From positions 256,001 to 320,000 of the forward strand of contig JAVZPM010000001.1 in NCBI GenBank assembly GCA_038881595.1: a stretch of 64,000 bases of DNA, written 5' to 3'. This document shows positions 59,716 to 64,000 of this stretch, piece by piece. The notes under the pieces were generated by a model, which saw nothing but the letters and a program-made list of their open reading frames with translations, ran no database searches and was not told where the DNA came from. Position 1 is the stretch's first letter. Each line of letters starts with the position of its first letter. This DNA comes from Candidatus Micrarchaeia archaeon. GTDB taxonomy: Archaea; Micrarchaeota; Micrarchaeia; CABMEP01. A program made the translations under genes and the position numbers.

Positions 59716-60204
59716 ATGGCTGAAATTACAGTTTCGCTTCTTGTAGAAGGAGGAAAGGCATCTGGAGGACCACCATTAGCAACTTCAATAGGGCCTCTTG
59801 GGATAAATGTCAATAACATCGTTAAGGAAATAAATGAAAAAACAAAAGATTTTGCAGGAGTAACAGTTCCTGTAAAGGTAATAGTAAATAAAGAGAACAA
59901 ATCATACAAAATTGAAATTGGAGTGCCTGCAGTAGCTTCTTTGATAAAGAAAGAAATAGGAATTGAAAAAGGAGCAAAGGCAGAACCCGGACAGAAGCCA
60001 GCTCCAGTAGGAGACATCAGCTTTGACAAGGTTGTCAAGATTGCAAAAATAAAGATCGGATCAACAAACGCAACAGAGCTGAAGTCAGCTGTTCTTTCGG
60101 TTCTAGGAACATGTTTAAGTGTAGGAGTTACATGCGAAGGACAGGATCCAAGAGTTATAGCAAAAAAAGTTAAAAAAGGAGAATATGATGCAAGCATCAA
60201 GTGA
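59716..60204 (+). CDS. rpl11: 50S ribosomal protein L11
   Basis: GGKASGGPPL..IGPLG, G.VPVKV, GTCLSVGV. Confidence 0.96.
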   Translation: MAEITVSLLVEGGKASGGPPLATSIGPLGINVNNIVKEINEKTKDFAGVTVPVKVIVNKENKSYKIEIGVPAVASLIKKEIGIEKGAKAEPGQKPAPVGDISFDKVVKIAKIKIGSTNATELKSAVLSVLGTCLSVGVTCEGQDPRVIAKKVKKGEYDASIK

Positions 60205-60210
60205 GGTTAA

Positions 60211-61905
60211 ATGAAAATAATGTTTGCAGAGAATAAGTTACACATTAAAACACAAAGTTGCAGAATATTCTCTATTTTAATTTTTATTTTATTATCTCTT
60301 TCTCCCTTCTTTTCATTTCCAGTTGATGTAAAATGGAAGGTTCAAACAACACAGACTTCAACAGCACCAGTAATAGGGCAGGACTATCTATTTTCAATCT
60401 CAGACTCTGGAAACGTGGTAGCATTTAATCGCTTTACACTGTCAAGAGTTTGGAACTTGGATTTGGGCAAAAGTGTTAAGTATCAATCAAGTTTCATAAG
60501 TAACATTCTTTTCGTTCCGGCTGAAAATATATTATTTGCTGTTTCGAAAGATGGCCGTATGTTAGGAAATGTATCATTCAATTCAACTATCTCTACTCCA
60601 GTTGTTCAGGTAGGTTCAAACTTAATGGTTGCAACAAGAGATGGAAATGTATATACAATATCGCAACCAGGTAATACATTTACAAATAAAAATTTAATAA
60701 AAACAAATAAATTAGATGGACAAATTGATTCATCGTTTGCATTAAGTGGAAATAAGATTTTTGTAGCTACAGTTAATGGCAAGATTTATTCAATAGACCC
60801 GACAGGTTCTTTAGTACTTTTATATGATCTCGGGTATTCGGTATGGAGATCAAGATTTGTGATCACTAATAATACAATTTATGTTCCAGCTGAGCATTCA
60901 TTATATGCAGTCGACATGCAAGGCAAACTTATTATGGTAAAAAGAATCGCAGATGGCAATCTCAATTCGATGGCAACTGATGGAGAAAGACTTTATGTAG
61001 GTTCAGATGATGGTTATTTCTACTGTTTAGATCTTGAAGGTAATATTCTTTGGAAATTTAAAACAAACAATTCAATCAAAAGTATTCCAGTCGTCCTTCA
61101 AGACTCAATTCTAATTTCTTCTAGAGACAACAATATATACAGCATAAATAAGAAAGGAGAGCTTAAATGGAACATTTCATTTTCAGATTGGCCAAGTGAT
61201 ATAGTTGAAGAAAAAGGAATAATTTATTTCACTACATATGATGGAACTGTTTATGCAGTCTCATTACTTTCATGCCAAATAACAAATCCTGAAGTTAGTT
61301 CTACAATTCTTCCAATTGTGACAGTAGCGGGTGATGCTTATTCAGAGAATGGGGTAAAATTAGTTCAAGTAAGAACACTTCCAGGAGAATGGCAATCTGT
61401 TAATTTGCACGGGGATGGAAATAATTTAAGTTGGTCTGGAAATATTCAGATTACAGGATTTACAGAAGGAGAGGTATCTCTTCAGTGTAGAGTAATAGAT
61501 AAATATGATAATCAAGAACAACCTCCTTACTTTACTTCAACCTATAATTTTGTTTTCTCAGAAGAAAAACTTCCTAAGATAAACGTTTCTTATCCTTTAC
61601 AAGTTAATGTGAATCAACCTATTATAATAAAATTCTTTACTACAGAAGGAGCTATCTTAACAGATGTTAATGTAAAAATCAGTGGAGAGACATACAAAGT
61701 GACAGATAAGTCAGGGCAGTTTACATACACTCCTACGAAAGAAGGGGACTTAACTATTTATATCGAAAAATCAGGTTATCAACAGAGACAAATACAAATA
61801 AAAGTTACAAAGCCTTTAATTCAACCGATATATGTAGCAATAATATTTCTTGTTGCAGTAGCAATAGTCATATATTCTTCAATAAGAAAAGGAACTTGGA
61901 AATAA
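60211..61905 (+). CDS. Surface protein with PQQ/BamB-like beta-propeller, Ig-like domains and C-terminal TM anchor
   Basis: LYVGSDDGYFYCLD..G..LWKF-type blades; signal peptide; C-terminal hydrophobic helix. Confidence 0.85.
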   Translation: MKIMFAENKLHIKTQSCRIFSILIFILLSLSPFFSFPVDVKWKVQTTQTSTAPVIGQDYLFSISDSGNVVAFNRFTLSRVWNLDLGKSVKYQSSFISNILFVPAENILFAVSKDGRMLGNVSFNSTISTPVVQVGSNLMVATRDGNVYTISQPGNTFTNKNLIKTNKLDGQIDSSFALSGNKIFVATVNGKIYSIDPTGSLVLLYDLGYSVWRSRFVITNNTIYVPAEHSLYAVDMQGKLIMVKRIADGNLNSMATDGERLYVGSDDGYFYCLDLEGNILWKFKTNNSIKSIPVVLQDSILISSRDNNIYSINKKGELKWNISFSDWPSDIVEEKGIIYFTTYDGTVYAVSLLSCQITNPEVSSTILPIVTVAGDAYSENGVKLVQVRTLPGEWQSVNLHGDGNNLSWSGNIQITGFTEGEVSLQCRVIDKYDNQEQPPYFTSTYNFVFSEEKLPKINVSYPLQVNVNQPIIIKFFTTEGAILTDVNVKISGETYKVTDKSGQFTYTPTKEGDLTIYIEKSGYQQRQIQIKVTKPLIQPIYVAIIFLVAVAIVIYSSIRKGTWK

Positions 61906-62539
61906 ATTTTGAATTAATATATTTTTTATTAATCTCATCTAAAATATTTCTATTTTCATTCCCACTTTTCCAAACAATATAGCTAGAGATAAAAGTAAGC
62001 AAGAGAGTTACTGTTGCTATTATTTCTATTCCTTCATTTGGAATCATTGGGCGTGTTCCAATCAAATAGTCAAAAGCATCATTAAGCAAATAGAATCCAA
62101 GTATTAAGACTAAATCTTTTTTCTTTATTTCTAATCCAGTTAAAGCAAGTCCCTCCAATGTTAGACCAAGATGTGCAATAAATAAAATCGAGTAAGTAAA
62201 AGGATCAGAAAATAGAAAATAATTATAATAAAATAGGATTACAAACATAGTCCATATTCCATATTTAATTGAACCAACTGCAGTGAAGTTAGTAAGGAAT
62301 CTAAACAGTCCAAATAATTTTTGGTTATTGGGATTTTCTATATTTTCTTTTTTATATAATTTTTTCACTTTCCAGATTAGTATCATCCCAACTAATAGAG
62401 CTTGTAAAGGACAATCAATTATTAATATCCAGTATAAAAAGTTCCAATCAGAAAGTTGATCTGAATAGTAGTGGATACCATATAAAAATCCTATAAAATT
62501 TATAACTGCTATAATCAATAGTAGATTTCCTTCTTGCAT
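61868..62539 (-). CDS. DUF1405-like membrane protein
   Basis: GF.YG..YY..QL, I.DCP, KYG.WT, AH.G, ND..DY..GT.P. Confidence 0.75.
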   Translation of the reverse strand: MQEGNLLLIIAVINFIGFLYGIHYYSDQLSDWNFLYWILIIDCPLQALLVGMILIWKVKKLYKKENIENPNNQKLFGLFRFLTNFTAVGSIKYGIWTMFVILFYYNYFLFSDPFTYSILFIAHLGLTLEGLALTGLEIKKKDLVLILGFYLLNDAFDYLIGTRPMIPNEGIEIIATVTLLLTFISSYIVWKSGNENRNILDEINKKYINSKFISKFLFLLKNI

Positions 62540-62574
62540 TTTGTCACTTTCTATATTTACAGAATGTATAAGAA

Positions 62575-63054
62575 TTATTCTTTAATAATTTTTATAGGCA
62601 CTCCTCCAACAAAACTGTTTTCTCTAACATCCTTATTTACAAGGGACATTGCAGATATTTTAGCATTATTTCCTATCTTAACTCCTGGAAGTATTGTGCT
62701 ATTTGCCCCGATCATAACATTTTTACCTATCTCAACATTTCCTATTCTTAATTCTTCCTGTAAGAATTCATGTGTCAATACTGTAGAGTTAAATCCTATT
62801 ATAGTATTATCTTCTATTTTGATTAATTCAGGAAAAAATATATCGAATGTCACTCCTAATCCAATTGATACATTCTTACCTATTTTCATTCCAGTCATTT
62901 TGTAAAGCAATCTTTTGATTGTCAATGAAGGTATGTATTTAGCGATATAGATTAATATAAAATTATATATTATTATCAAAGGGTTTTTTGCTTTATACCA
63001 ATAAAGAAGCGAATTTCCTTTTTCAGAAAATCTTATCGACTTGAGTCTTCTCAT
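62575..63054 (-). CDS. Hexapeptide-repeat O-acetyltransferase (YvoF-like)
   Basis: DIFFPELI.I..NTIIG.N...LTHE, IGANSTILPGV.IG, VGG.P. Confidence 0.85.
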   Translation of the reverse strand: MRRLKSIRFSEKGNSLLYWYKAKNPLIIIYNFILIYIAKYIPSLTIKRLLYKMTGMKIGKNVSIGLGVTFDIFFPELIKIEDNTIIGFNSTVLTHEFLQEELRIGNVEIGKNVMIGANSTILPGVKIGNNAKISAMSLVNKDVRENSFVGGVPIKIIKE

Positions 63055-63157
63055 TTAATCACTTAATCCATAAAACAATAATATTTTTAAATTATCGCAT
63101 TGTATATATCTTATCTATTGTAATTATTAAATATACGCGCAGATCTTTATATCTGTT

Positions 63158-63186
63158 GCCCGTATAACCGCATTTTGCGGGAGGGT
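63158..63186 (+). promoter_or_regulatory. Candidate L1-binding autoregulatory element overlapping the rpl1 RBS
   Basis: GCCC-GTATAA-CCGC-ATTTT-GCGG-GA-GGGT: two helices with an asymmetric internal loop and a GGGAG strand. Confidence 0.6.
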
Positions 63187-63192
63187 GTTTAG

Positions 63193-63825
63193 ATGATTAA
63201 TGACGATAACATTAAACAGGCTATTTCAAAAGCCTTAGAAGAAAAAGGTTCAAGAAAGTTTGTACAGTCTGTTGAAATGGCTGTGAATTTTAAAAACATA
63301 GACATGTCAAAACAGGAGAACAAGCTTAATCTTGAAGTTACGCTTCCAAAAGGAAGAGGAAAAAACATAAACTTAGTGGTATTTGCAGATGGAAATGTTG
63401 CAGCTGATGCGAAGGCAGCAGGAGCAGAATTTGTAATAGGTAGTGATCAAATTTCAAAATATAAGAAATCAGACATAAAAAGACTTGCAAAGAATTCAGA
63501 GTTTTTTGCACAACCTCAATTGATGGTGTTAGTTGGTAAGAATTTCGGTCAGATTCTTGGTGGAAGAGGAAAGATTCCAAAGCCTCTTGTTGGAAATGTT
63601 TCTGCAATGCTTAAAAATGCGAGAAATGTCGTAAAGATAAGATCGAGAGGAAAGTTTCTTCCTGTTGTTCACTGTGCTATCGGAACAGAAAATATGTCTG
63701 TGGAGGATCTTGCAGAAAACGCAAAAGCAGTTCTCAATGCAATAAGAAATAAAGTAGGTGGAGACTCAGTAATAAAATCAGTTGTAATCAAACTTTCCAT
63801 GGGTAAACCAGTTAAGGTAGAGTAA
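63193..63825 (+). CDS. rpl1: 50S ribosomal protein L1
   Basis: RKFVQSVE, LPKGRG, LG.RGK.P, IG.E.M, KLSMGKPV. Confidence 0.96.
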   Translation: MINDDNIKQAISKALEEKGSRKFVQSVEMAVNFKNIDMSKQENKLNLEVTLPKGRGKNINLVVFADGNVAADAKAAGAEFVIGSDQISKYKKSDIKRLAKNSEFFAQPQLMVLVGKNFGQILGGRGKIPKPLVGNVSAMLKNARNVVKIRSRGKFLPVVHCAIGTENMSVEDLAENAKAVLNAIRNKVGGDSVIKSVVIKLSMGKPVKVE

Positions 63826-63841
63826 ATAAAAGGTGATATTT

Positions 63842-64000
63842 ATGGTAAGCGCACTTGAGATTAAAAAGCAAAAAGTAAATGAAATAGCTAATCAATTAAA
63901 GACAGCAAAAGTTGTTGCAGTCGTAGATTTGCATACTTTACCAAATGCTCTTTTACATCAAATAAGAAAAGAACTAAAAGGAGAAGCAAAAATTATAATA
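63842..64000 (+). CDS. rpl10: 50S ribosomal protein L10/P0 (3' truncated by window edge)
   Basis: ATG follows AGGTGA; KKQKVNEI...VAVVDL..LP...L.QIRKELK; position after rpl1. Confidence 0.9.
   Translation, partial: MVSALEIKKQKVNEIANQLKTAKVVAVVDLHTLPNALLHQIRKELKGEAKIII

Noticed and set aside
59697..60200. 167-aa minus-strand ORF
   Set aside because: Antisense to rpl11
1..64000. CRISPR array, cas genes, integrase or transposase
   Set aside because: No regularly spaced nucleotide repeats or such genes seen

Overview
AT-rich archaeal chromosomal segment. Gene content (aIF2-gamma, Topo VI, Hjc, pelota, archease/RtcB, S6e/L24e/S28e/L7Ae, FtsZ-SecE-Spt5-L11, AMP phosphorylase plus R15P isomerase, unlinked 5S rRNA) suggests a DPANN lineage, possibly Micrarchaeota (inference). 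The first 15.4 kb is an apparent operon of at least six paralogous polytopic membrane proteins resembling CedA/VirB6, one anchored protein and a 2791-aa Cys-rich, cupredoxin-repeat lipoprotein; this is a candidate cell-contact or transfer apparatus. Other notable items: a bacterial-type long RelA/SpoT homologue with an altered hydrolase motif in a stress-gene islet beside tRNA-Gly, a ~795-bp near-perfect duplication next to coiled-coil and ankyrin genes, an RtcB intein, an intron-containing tRNA-Asn, two frameshifted genes at tRNA 3' ends (tspO, DUF192), structured leaders for rpl7ae and rpl1, a missed 57-aa ORF after cdc6, and an AbrB-domain gene with no canonical start codon. All family calls come from motif recognition; no database searches were run.
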